Shown here piece after piece: positions 53,915 to 62,282 of a stretch of 64,000 nucleotides of DNA. The position numbers and the translations under genes were made by a program. This stretch comes from Phormidesmis sp. (lineage in GTDB: Bacteria; Cyanobacteriota; Cyanobacteriia; Leptolyngbyales; Leptolyngbyaceae). The notes beneath the pieces are model-generated. The model had not been told where the DNA came from, made no database searches, and saw only the letters and a program-made list of their open reading frames with translations. Numbering within the stretch: position 1 is the stretch's first letter; every line of letters starts with the position of its first letter. The stretch spans positions 736,001 to 800,000 of the forward strand of contig CBDFJR010000005.1 in NCBI GenBank assembly GCA_965248535.1, in the 5' to 3' direction.

Positions 53915-56017
53915 ATGATAGACATTCTAGGATTTTGCATCATGTCTAATTCTGATCAAGCGTTGCGCTACCCCGCCACCCACAAAATCGAGCAGACCGA
54001 CGACTATCATGGAGTCTCGATCGCTGACCCCTATCGATGGTTAGAAGATCCTGACTCTGACGAGACAAAGGCTTGGGTCGAAGCGCAAAATCAAATCACA
54101 TTCGGATATTTGCAGCAAATTCCGGTGCGCGAAGCGATTCAGAAACGCTTAACGCAACTCTGGGATTATGAAAAATACAGCGTTCCGTTTAAAGAAGGAA
54201 ATCGCTATTTCTATTTCAAAAATGATGGATTGCAGAATCAAAGTGTTCTCTATACGCTCAATGCTTTAGACGCTGAACCGAGAGTTTTACTCGATCCTAA
54301 CAAACTCTCAGATGACGGCACTGTGGCACTCTCGGGGCTATCGATTAGCGAAGATGGAGCCTGGATGGCCTATGGATTGTCTACGTCTGGATCGGATTGG
54401 CAAGAGTGGCGAGTGCGAGAGATCGCAACGGGAAATGACACAAGCGATCGCTTGCAGTGGATCAAATTTTCTGGCGCATCGTGGACGCATGATCACAAAG
54501 GGTTCTTCTATTCTCGCTATGACGAGCCGAATGAGAAAACCAAGCTAGAAGACGCGAATTATTTTCAGAAACTTTATTATCATCGGCTTGGCACTGATCA
54601 GGCTGACGATAGTTTAATCTACGATCGCCCCGATCAAAAAGAATGGGGTTTTCAAGGTGGCGTGAGCGAAGACGGACAATATCTCATCGTTTCGGTTTGG
54701 CTGGGCACCGATCCGCGTAATCTGGTTTTCTACAAGGATTTGTCCAATCCTGATGCGCCTGTGGTCGAGCTAATTAGCGACTTTGAGGCGAGTTTTAGCT
54801 TTGTGGATCATGAGAAAAACCTGTTCTGGTTTCAGACCGATTTGGATGCGCCACGGGGCCGAGTGATCGCGATCGACGTGACAAAGCCCGATCGTCCACA
54901 GTGGCAAGAAGTCATTCCTCAATCGGCAGAAACGCTCGAAAGTGTTGGCTTGCTCAATCAGCAATTTGTCGTCTCCTATCTCAAAGATGCGCGCAGCGAG
55001 GTCAAGATTTTTGATTTGGCGGGTGGATTCATTCGAGAGATCGCCCTACCCGGAATTGGCTCGGCGGGCGGATTTGACGGTAAGCGAGACGACACCGAAA
55101 CGTTTTACAGCTTTACGAGTTTTACGACTCCGCCGACGATTTATCGCTATAACTTAGCGACGAATGAGAGTACGCTGTTTCGTCAGCCGCAGGTAGACTT
55201 TAACCCCGATGATTATGAGACTCGCCAAGTCTTCTACAGCAGCAAAGACGGAACGCAAGTGCCGATGTTTATTACCCACAAAAAGGGACTGAACCTCGAT
55301 GGCAACAATCCGACGGAGCTTTATGCCTATGGCGGCTTTGGGATTTCGCTAACGCCTAGTTTTTCAGTCGGTAATTTAGTTTGGATGGAGCTTGGCGGCG
55401 TGTTTGCTCTGCCCAATCTGCGGGGCGGTGGCGAATATGGCGAAGACTGGCATCAAGCCGGGACGAAGCTCAAAAAGCAAAATGTGTTTGACGACTTTAT
55501 CGCAGCCGGGGAATGGCTGATTGCAAACGGATATACGTCATCGTCGAAACTGGCGATCGCCGGAGGCAGCAATGGCGGTCTGCTCGTCGGCGCGTGCATG
55601 ACCCAACGCCCCGATCTGTTTGCGGCTGCTCTTCCGGCTGTCGGCGTGTTGGATATGCTGCGGTTTCACAAGTTCACGATCGGGTGGGCGTGGATGCCTG
55701 AATATGGCTCTCCAGAAGACCCAGAAGAATTCAAAGCGCTCTATGCCTACTCGCCGTTGCATCGACTCAAATCTGGCACGGCCTATCCTGCAACGCTGAT
55801 TACAACCGCCGACCACGACGATCGGGTAGTGCCTGCCCACAGTTTTAAGTTTGCAGCGGCCCTGCAAGTGGCTCATTCAGGCGATCGTCCGGTTCTGATT
55901 CGAATTGAGACAAAAGCGGGTCACGGGGCGGGCAAACCCACCGCTAAAGTGATCGAGGAGATTGTCGATAAGTGGGCATTTCTAGTGAAAACCCTGGATT
56001 TTTCACCCACTCTTTAA
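53915..56017 (+). CDS. Prolyl oligopeptidase (S9A); start probably 53942
   Basis: DPYRWLED, GGSNGG (Ser), DHDDRV (Asp), AGHGAG (His). Confidence 0.96.
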   Translation: MIDILGFCIMSNSDQALRYPATHKIEQTDDYHGVSIADPYRWLEDPDSDETKAWVEAQNQITFGYLQQIPVREAIQKRLTQLWDYEKYSVPFKEGNRYFYFKNDGLQNQSVLYTLNALDAEPRVLLDPNKLSDDGTVALSGLSISEDGAWMAYGLSTSGSDWQEWRVREIATGNDTSDRLQWIKFSGASWTHDHKGFFYSRYDEPNEKTKLEDANYFQKLYYHRLGTDQADDSLIYDRPDQKEWGFQGGVSEDGQYLIVSVWLGTDPRNLVFYKDLSNPDAPVVELISDFEASFSFVDHEKNLFWFQTDLDAPRGRVIAIDVTKPDRPQWQEVIPQSAETLESVGLLNQQFVVSYLKDARSEVKIFDLAGGFIREIALPGIGSAGGFDGKRDDTETFYSFTSFTTPPTIYRYNLATNESTLFRQPQVDFNPDDYETRQVFYSSKDGTQVPMFITHKKGLNLDGNNPTELYAYGGFGISLTPSFSVGNLVWMELGGVFALPNLRGGGEYGEDWHQAGTKLKKQNVFDDFIAAGEWLIANGYTSSSKLAIAGGSNGGLLVGACMTQRPDLFAAALPAVGVLDMLRFHKFTIGWAWMPEYGSPEDPEEFKALYAYSPLHRLKSGTAYPATLITTADHDDRVVPAHSFKFAAALQVAHSGDRPVLIRIETKAGHGAGKPTAKVIEEIVDKWAFLVKTLDFSPTL

Positions 56018-56108
56018 GTCAGACTCGCCTTCAGCATTGCTCTATACAGTTTTTACTTTCTGTATCGGTAAAGATGTATCGTGTCCTAGAGTCAAATCAC
56101 CATAAACT

Positions 56109-56135
56109 TAGCTTCCGTGAGGAGGCTATTTTTTT
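56109..56135 (+). terminator. Intrinsic terminator downstream of the prolyl oligopeptidase gene
   Basis: TAGCTTCC-GTGA-GGAGGCTA hairpin followed by T7. Confidence 0.75.
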
Positions 56136-56151
56136 CGCATAAAAGCCCCTA

Positions 56152-56339
56152 AACATAACGTCAGTCCGACGAGTTTCTCCGCTGCGTTCTCAGCAGCTTC
56201 TGCCCTCTAAATTCTCCCTGAATGGAAGACCTTAAGCCAAGACTAAATTTCTAGTTCAAAGTTCCCGAATTGGGGACTTTAGGGAGCTTCCCGGATTCAC
56301 GATCGCATCCAACTACTTCTGTCAAACGAGGTTTATGTT
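56152..56339. repeat. Decayed palindromic REP/MITE-like element
   Basis: Ends AACATAA / TTATGTT; internal decayed inverted pair CCCTCTAAATTCTCC...GACCTT and AAAGTTCCCGAATTGGGGACTTTAGGGAG. Confidence 0.45.
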
Positions 56340-56341
56340 AA

Positions 56342-56429
56342 GCATAACGTTGCCCATCACCCGCCGCAGATCAACTTTGTAGTATACCGATCAACTCTCG
56401 GCGGTCGGTGTGCAGGGGCGTTGTTATGC
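56342..56429 (-). other. Integron attC site 1 (88 bp)
   Basis: Minus strand: R'' GCATAAC, 5-nt spacer, L'' CCCTGCAC ... L' GTGATGGG, R' GTTATGC, with a long internal palindrome. Confidence 0.85.
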
Positions 56430-56496
56430 AGCGATAAATAACCATGATGTTTCTCCATTTCATAAAACCTGGAAGAGATTCATAACCATCGGCGCA

Positions 56497-56829
56497 TTAT
56501 GATAAAGCAAGCAGCGATAAGTTCTCATCTTCATAAAATAATTTGATCGCGTCAAAATTCTGACGCAGCAAATTTTCAACCTGTGATGTCGAACAATTTC
56601 CAAGACGAAGCCAAATAACTTTCGGTGGATTTCCAGATACTAAGCTCAGGTCGTGCATATCCGCATCTTTCGAGACAATCATCAAATTCTTGTCTTTTGC
56701 ATAATCCCAAACGATTGGATCGATTGTTGCCTTCATGCCCACGTCTCGAACGTGAAGCGAATTTGGGAAAAGATCACTTAAACGATTTGGCAACTTGGGC
56801 GACAAGTTTTCATCAAAAAGCAATTTCAT
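56497..56829 (-). CDS. DUF5615 PIN-like toxin (VapC45-like)
   Basis: MKLLFDENLS...HVRDVG...IVSKDAD...PPKVIWLRLGNCST; ATGA overlap with the upstream gene. Confidence 0.9.
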   Translation of the reverse strand: MKLLFDENLSPKLPNRLSDLFPNSLHVRDVGMKATIDPIVWDYAKDKNLMIVSKDADMHDLSLVSGNPPKVIWLRLGNCSTSQVENLLRQNFDAIKLFYEDENLSLLALS

Positions 56830-57056
56830 GCGGATAGTGGAGCACTCATAAACCGACGCTCACGGTCGGCAGCATAAGCAATACAGGCTTTCAAATCTTC
56901 TCGCGTTAGATCAGGAAAATCGTCGAGAATTTCTGCTTCGGTCATCTCGGAAGCTAGGTACTCAAGCACTTCATAAACCGTAATTCGCAAGCCACGTACA
57001 CAAGGCTTACCACCGCGCTTATCGGGTTCGATCGTGATGTAATTTCGGTAGTTCAT
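56826..57056 (-). CDS. DUF433 antitoxin (VapB45-like)
   Basis: GGKPCVRGLRITVYEVL...EILDDFPDLTREDLKACIAYAA. Confidence 0.92.
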   Translation of the reverse strand: MNYRNYITIEPDKRGGKPCVRGLRITVYEVLEYLASEMTEAEILDDFPDLTREDLKACIAYAADRERRFMSAPLSA

Positions 57057-57115
57057 ATTAAAAGCATCTGAATGTTAATCAAATTGTAGCTTTGCAGTGG
57101 CGACTGATTCGCCCT

Positions 57116-57501
57116 TCACTTTAGATGATTTAGTTTCCACTCTACCCACTCTGTATAAGTTTTAACCTTTGCGGGCGCATCCAAAACCTCAAAGTGCGAC
57201 TTCGGATCAGTCAGCAAGTCCAAAACCAATTCCTCATACTCCTCTCGTGTAATCTCAAAAGGTTTCCACGAGCAACCTCCACTCATCCCAGCATCATATT
57301 GAGCTTTTCCGTCTGGAAAAGCCCATTAGGGAAAAACTCATTGGGCACACCCTGCTTTAACAAGTAACTTAATACATGAAAAGGTGGAATAAATTTATTT
57401 AACACGTAGGGCATCGCAAGTAGCAAATCCTTCAGCGTCCCTCTCGTCCAAATCCCGCCCGCGCAATGCATCGCATAAAGTTTAAAACGCAACTCTCTCA
57501 C
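57116..57501 (-). pseudogene. Cassette-borne hypothetical gene with a 1-bp frameshift near 57320
   Basis: ORF 57283..57501 continues in another frame as FPDGKAQYDAGMSGGCSWKPFEITREEYEELV...KLNHLK* if one T is added to GGGCTTTTCC. Confidence 0.6.
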
Positions 57502-57557
57502 CGAGCGATCGCCTCACCATTTACCTTCAAAAAACTTCCCAAACTACAATCGAAGCG

Positions 57558-58343
57558 GCATAACGACTAAGATAAGCGGCGGCAGATAACCTTTGCATCC
57601 CCACAAAGATCTCGCGCCCGTCCGCTTCATCGACTTGTGTACGCCCAGCATGGGTGTGAACTAATGGGGTGAAAGTCCCCTGTCGGAGAACCAACGTCCA
57701 AATGATCCCAAAAGATCCGAGTGACGACAACGACTAGCTTAAGGTAAGGGCGTTTCCGCGAGGAAGGGTCTGAAGGAAGCCAGCGGCAAATCTGCGAGCT
57801 GACGGACAGAAACGTCATAGAAGGCTGAGATTCCTGTGGCAAGTGAGCACAACATCATGAAGCCTTTTGGTTCAGGGAACACAGTAAATGACGCAGTTGT
57901 GCAGAGACAGTTCACGTTCTTATCTGGGGAGATCTGCTCAAAGGGCGGTCTGAGGGTCTACGGGAGTCTGATTGAGGTCTAGCGGGAAACGGCTAGGGAG
58001 CCACGGAACCCTAAGGACATTCAGGCAGCGTGAGTCATGGCAACAGGACTCATGATTGAGCAGAAGTCAGCAGAGGTCATAGTAGCCAAACACTCACCGT
58101 AATGGGTGAGACAGGGTGAAGGGCTGAACCTTAGAAAGCAGGGAGGAGTTGCAAAGCTCGACTGGGCGATGAACCCGAACGGGGGAGCTATTTTGTCGGC
58201 GCTTAACTGCACAACCAGCCCTGGATATTCAGTTCTATTGAACTGGCTTGTCTAAAACTTTTCTGGGGACGCGCCCCGTGCGGAGCCGCACGCGGGGTGC
58301 CGTGGGGACTGGGGGAGAAAATCCCCTGGTTACCCGATTAGCC
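57558..58343 (-). other. Integron attC site 2, interrupted by the group II intron (57558-57638 plus 58339-58343)
   Basis: With the intron removed, the minus strand reads R'' GGCTAAC-AAGTC-L'' GATGAAG...L' CTTATC-TTAGTC-R' GTTATGC. Confidence 0.88.
57639..58338 (+). mobile_element. Class C (IIC-attC) group II intron lacking an RT ORF, 700 nt
   Basis: 5' GTACGCCCAGCATGGG; IIC landmarks TCTGAAGGAAGC, TTCTTATCTGGGGAGATCTG, GAAGTCAGCAGAGGTCATAGTA; short domain V with CGC triad and AC bulge (58271-58300); domain VI ending ACCCGAT; inserted at TTGT/T. Confidence 0.92.
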
Positions 58344-58366
58344 TGCGTTTGCACTCACGCCGAGAA

Positions 58367-58732
58367 CTATAACTCATCAATCGTTACCAACCCACCTTCT
58401 GTGAACTGGATTACAAGCTCATGCTCGTCTAGCAAAGCAGTTCCAATTAGAGGTCGCCGTCCTGTAGCAAACACACGAGCTTCTCGCTCCTCTCCGTTCC
58501 AAAGAATGATCGCTTTGTGCACTGGCAATATAACTCGGCTGTTATCTGCCAAATTCGCACGCATATCATGTTTGAAAGGAAGATTCAGTAAAGCGACTGC
58601 TTCTGGCGGGAGACAAAGCTCATCTGTAAATCCTGTGTCTACTACAAACTCAACTGGGAAGTCAGCGCGATTGGGAATCCGAAACGGGATGGTAATAATG
58701 GCGTGTCCGTCAGTAACAATACCCGAAATCAC
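58367..58732 (-). CDS. Clan AA (retropepsin-like) aspartic protease, AF_0612-like
   Basis: FVVDTGFTDELCLP catalytic motif, LADNS flap, PLIGTALL; GTG start overlaps the upstream stop. Confidence 0.88.
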   Translation of the reverse strand: MISGIVTDGHAIITIPFRIPNRADFPVEFVVDTGFTDELCLPPEAVALLNLPFKHDMRANLADNSRVILPVHKAIILWNGEEREARVFATGRRPLIGTALLDEHELVIQFTEGGLVTIDEL

Positions 58733-59004
58733 TTAACCACACGCTCCATGACACCACCACTAAAAGCCGCACCAACGTTGTACCCGATTTTGATCCCGAA
58801 GAGTCGGGCATTGGGGTGTTTCTCGCTCAAGTAGTCAGCGGCGCGTAAGCTATTTTCATCAACCTTGTAATCACCTGTCTCAATGTCAATGATGACGATC
58901 TTCCCGATGTTTTCTTCCACTTCCACCTCTTGGCGAATCCTGTCTTCGTATAGTTGCTCTGCACGTTGAGCAACTTCTTCGCGACTTAAAAGGATGGCTT
59001 GCAT
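58729..59004 (-). CDS. Small partner protein of the aspartic protease (91 aa, DUF5678-like)
   Basis: MQAILLSREEVAQRAEQLYE...GKIVIIDIETGDY...HPNARLFGIKIGY; the start at 59004 avoids overlap with the upstream gene. Confidence 0.75.
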   Translation of the reverse strand: MQAILLSREEVAQRAEQLYEDRIRQEVEVEENIGKIVIIDIETGDYKVDENSLRAADYLSEKHPNARLFGIKIGYNVGAAFSGGVMERVVK

Positions 59005-59083
59005 ATTCTGGCTCCCGATCGCTGTGTGGCTGTTGAAGAACCCCTTCATTATATCTTGTAAACGAAGCCTACAATGCCGACCA

Positions 59084-59620
59084 TTATTGCTTGATCCGAG
59101 CATACCAGCCGTAGGTTGTTCTCTGAGCCTTAGCACCTGTCCCTGAAAATCCTTCAAAAGAACCAGCCAAAGTGTATACCTTACCTGAACCCTCTCCATT
59201 TGAGAACATGTAGCCTGTATGAAATTGGAGAGTAGACGGATCTTTAGAATCAATGATTCTTATGAACGTGATCTTCTGGGCATCTTCATCCCAAAAACCA
59301 TTGATCGGATTACCCATGACCGATCCTTGCACATTCCCGTTCACATCAATAGCCGAAATTTTTAGCGTCCCTTCATATCCATTCCCATTAAATTGCCAGT
59401 CTCCAATTAGCAGGGATACTGAAGCATTGCTGGAATTGCTGGAATTGCTAGAAGTTATAGGTAGCTGAGTGGATGGTGTAGGCGAAGCAGACTTATTGGA
59501 AGCAGAAAGTTTATCCCAGTTCGCAAACAGAGCTACAGCCACTGTGCCAATTAAACCAACCACAGCCAAAATAATCTGAGTGCGAGAATCTAACCCTTTG
59601 TTTTCATTATTATCTGTCAT
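59084..59620 (-). CDS. Hypothetical membrane-anchored protein with a beta-rich domain
   Basis: N-terminal TM helix, Ser/Pro linker, then LIGDWQFNGNGYEGTLKI...GFWDEDAQKITFIR...YGWYA. Confidence 0.7.
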   Translation of the reverse strand: MTDNNENKGLDSRTQIILAVVGLIGTVAVALFANWDKLSASNKSASPTPSTQLPITSSNSSNSSNASVSLLIGDWQFNGNGYEGTLKISAIDVNGNVQGSVMGNPINGFWDEDAQKITFIRIIDSKDPSTLQFHTGYMFSNGEGSGKVYTLAGSFEGFSGTGAKAQRTTYGWYARIKQ

Positions 59621-59704
59621 AGTGGTATACCACTGAAACAAACTGATAGCGTCTTGTTACAAGTTGCACTACGATCGCTTGGCTCTGACCTCTGAACATT
59701 CCCA

Positions 59705-61564
59705 TCAAGGACAGGGAGTAGCTTTTGGAGGCGAATAAAGCGGCACCCAGTTATCATTCGTAGCTACTACTGCGTTATATCGGCGTGTGTATAATCCGCC
59801 ATCCTTGATTACAACAAGACGTGGTCTAAACCCCGTAGCACCAGACCGAGTCATAATTTCAATTTGTGTGCTTCCTTTTAGCTCAGGGTCTGAATCTAAT
59901 CTATTCCATGCTCCCCATGTCGAACCTGGTATCGCACTCACTTTCTGGCGTTGATAAATGGAAGTTACACTGTTTGAGTCCTTAGCCAAAAGATAAACAT
60001 CCATTTGTCCGTTAGGATTAATTCCGGCTGCAATATCAAGCAGGGTCAATGTGGGTAGCCCTTCACTGAAAGATACCCAACCAGACCATTGATTGGAACT
60101 TGGACTCGAAATCTCCCAACTTGTTTTCACGTCGTTACCTGCTATTAGAAAAATTTGCTGAAAACCACCAGTACTTGATGCAGCGATCGCACGAGAACCA
60201 GAGAATGTTCCAAGAAGTTTCTCTTGTTCCCAATTTGCATTCCACGTATTCAGCTTTCGACGTGTGCGAATTTGTCCATCTGTATGAACAGTATAGAGCT
60301 GCATTGCTGTTGAGCCTGCGGACTGCGCTTCAATGTCAACTACGCTTCTCGACATCGCACTATCTGGAAACCACGTCTGCCAATCAGCCCAAACCCCAGG
60401 ACTAGTCTCAAATTTATTCCAAATCTGAGAAGCCTTTGAGGTTTGATTTTCTGCTTGAGCAAATATCCAACGTCTTCCATCAAGGGTTGTTGCAGAGGTA
60501 AGACGACCAAATAATAGGAGAGATGCGAACAATTTGGAATCACGGAAGTCGCGCCATTGATCAGCGGAGCGATAACCATCTGTACTATCAAGACTTGTCC
60601 AAGCTACTGAATTGAAAAAGACATCACCACTGGTTACCCCAAGCAATTGTCCATTCCCATGTGTAGCTGTGAATCCTTTGGCGCGAACTGGTGCAAAAGC
60701 CCATGCATTTGTTCCGATTTCTCGGTTTGCGTTTTCTTCAGTCCATGTGGAGGCATTACCGCTACCACCGCCACCCACCGTGGACATAATAGCTGGATTT
60801 GAAAAAGCATTGACGATTGTTGGTCCTCCAGATGCACCGCCTTCATATGAGCAATCACTAAGAACTACGCCAAGTCCCTCTTGACGCTGCCCACTAGCTG
60901 TTGAGCAAACTGCATCCTTTCTCAACTTACAAGTGTTGTAATGTCCTAATCCGTTACTTCCAAGAAAATCACCCGAATATCCAAAAACAGTTACGTCAAT
61001 TCCTTCAGAAGGAATGGGATTAGGGGTTGAATTAGAAGCAATCGTAGGCCAGTTTAGAAAGGTCGCTGGAAAATCAGGAACACCTGAGTTACTCGGCGGA
61101 TTCCCCCGACTGTATGTACTTGGATCAAGTTCGACGATAGTCCAATCCGCTCCAGGAACATAGGTACCACCGTCATTAATCTTGTTATCGTGACCAGTGC
61201 CAAAGACTATACGCTTTCCTCGGATTGAGGGACGGTAAGAATAGTTGGTGGCATTGGGGGTACCTACGAAAGCCGGTCGAAAAATGATATCGCCAGGGTT
61301 GACATTACGAGCAGCAAAACAATGCCTTGCTGTGATGATGTGGTTGGGTGCAAGATGAGTTGCGGTACAGTGTCCTCCACCTGGAAGGTCAAGTAGTCCA
61401 ATTGCCCAAAGGTTTCTATTGGTTCTGAAGAATGCGTCGTCCATGCCAACCCGTGGATCACTTGAGCCATACCATGTCGCAGAAGCAGTGCTAGAGACAA
61501 AGAGCGAACTGAGGATGAAGGCAAAGAGCAATACCTTAATTCGGTCATACTTCTTGGGCGACAT
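59705..61564 (-). CDS. Secreted trypsin-like serine protease with a C-terminal Trp-rich, lectin-like propeller region
   Basis: Signal peptide; CTATHL...ITARHC (His), DWTIVEL (Asp), GASGGP (Ser); C-terminal repeats ending WADW, WSGW, WGAW. Confidence 0.82.
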   Translation of the reverse strand: MSPKKYDRIKVLLFAFILSSLFVSSTASATWYGSSDPRVGMDDAFFRTNRNLWAIGLLDLPGGGHCTATHLAPNHIITARHCFAARNVNPGDIIFRPAFVGTPNATNYSYRPSIRGKRIVFGTGHDNKINDGGTYVPGADWTIVELDPSTYSRGNPPSNSGVPDFPATFLNWPTIASNSTPNPIPSEGIDVTVFGYSGDFLGSNGLGHYNTCKLRKDAVCSTASGQRQEGLGVVLSDCSYEGGASGGPTIVNAFSNPAIMSTVGGGGSGNASTWTEENANREIGTNAWAFAPVRAKGFTATHGNGQLLGVTSGDVFFNSVAWTSLDSTDGYRSADQWRDFRDSKLFASLLLFGRLTSATTLDGRRWIFAQAENQTSKASQIWNKFETSPGVWADWQTWFPDSAMSRSVVDIEAQSAGSTAMQLYTVHTDGQIRTRRKLNTWNANWEQEKLLGTFSGSRAIAASSTGGFQQIFLIAGNDVKTSWEISSPSSNQWSGWVSFSEGLPTLTLLDIAAGINPNGQMDVYLLAKDSNSVTSIYQRQKVSAIPGSTWGAWNRLDSDPELKGSTQIEIMTRSGATGFRPRLVVIKDGGLYTRRYNAVVATNDNWVPLYSPPKATPCP

Positions 61565-61635
61565 AGTTCCCTATTTCCTTGCTGAACACCAACAGACAGT
61601 CTTTCATCTACCGCCCCAACCCAGATGACGAAGCA

Positions 61636-61749
61636 GGCTAACGATTGAGTTGAACCGCACCAAATCAATCAAGCAACACCAACTTTAGTTGGTAGTGCGG
61701 TTAACCTTACGACTATTTGTAGCGTGTCGGTTCCAACGAAATGTTCTAC
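61636..61749 (-). other. Integron attC site 3 (114 bp)
   Basis: Minus strand: R'' GTAGAAC-ATTTC-L'' GTTGGAACCG ... L' CGGTTCAAC-TCAATC-R' GTTAGCC; L'' carries the characteristic extra G. Confidence 0.8.
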
Positions 61750-61815
61750 GGAACTGGGTGGATGTAGTGTTCCCAATGGGTAACATTTATATCCAGTTCT
61801 CGTGGAACTATTGAT

Positions 61816-61883
61816 TATACGGAAAATTTCCGTATATCTCCCCGATTTAGGCAGATACCCGGAAACTTTCTGCATATCTCCCC
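61816..61883. promoter_or_regulatory. Operator-like palindrome and direct repeat
   Basis: TATACGGAAA-A-TTTCCGTATA palindrome; 23-mer repeated at 61821 and 61861 with 20/23 identity. Confidence 0.45.
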
Positions 61884-62045
61884 TCACTTTTCATTAGGTA
61901 TTCTGATTCTATGAGATCATATTCATTATTTCGTTGAGGAATTATAAACCTTTAGGGACGATCGCGCCCCTCTCTTTCCCCAAAACCCGATCGCTCCTCC
62001 CAAAAAATTCAGCATTCCAAAAAACAAAAAACTCTAGTACAATAC

Positions 62046-62281
62046 ACCGCAGTGATGGAGTTGTGCCCCGAAGTCTGATGGACAAGATCAGAACTCCGAG
62101 GACTTCCATCCCTAAGTTAGTGCACTGATAACTCAGGAGGCGTTCATGATTGTACACCGTCGGCTTTGCTATGGGATCTTGAAAGGCTGGAATCAAGATC
62201 CTGCATACAGATTTCACCCCAACACAATGTCTGAGAGATCCGTGTTTTTGTCCTCTTTGAACTAATCGAGAGGACAAAAAC
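62046..62281 (+). ncRNA. Putative structured RNA or 5' leader, possibly 6S-like
   Basis: TACAAT box at 62038-62043, then hairpins at 62054-62110, 62170-62207 and 62244-62281; the last stem hides the GAGGA RBS of the next ORF. Confidence 0.5.
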
Positions 62282-62282
62282 T

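Noticed and set aside
57527..58736. Short ORFs within and across the intron (57527..57730, 57627..57842, 58021..58212, 58248..58736)
   Set aside because: They overlap conserved ribozyme domains or the protease antisense strand; none has RT motifs such as YADD.
59005..59253. N-terminal extension of ORF 58729..59253
   Set aside because: Overlaps the upstream gene in another frame; the recognisable domain starts at ATG 59004.
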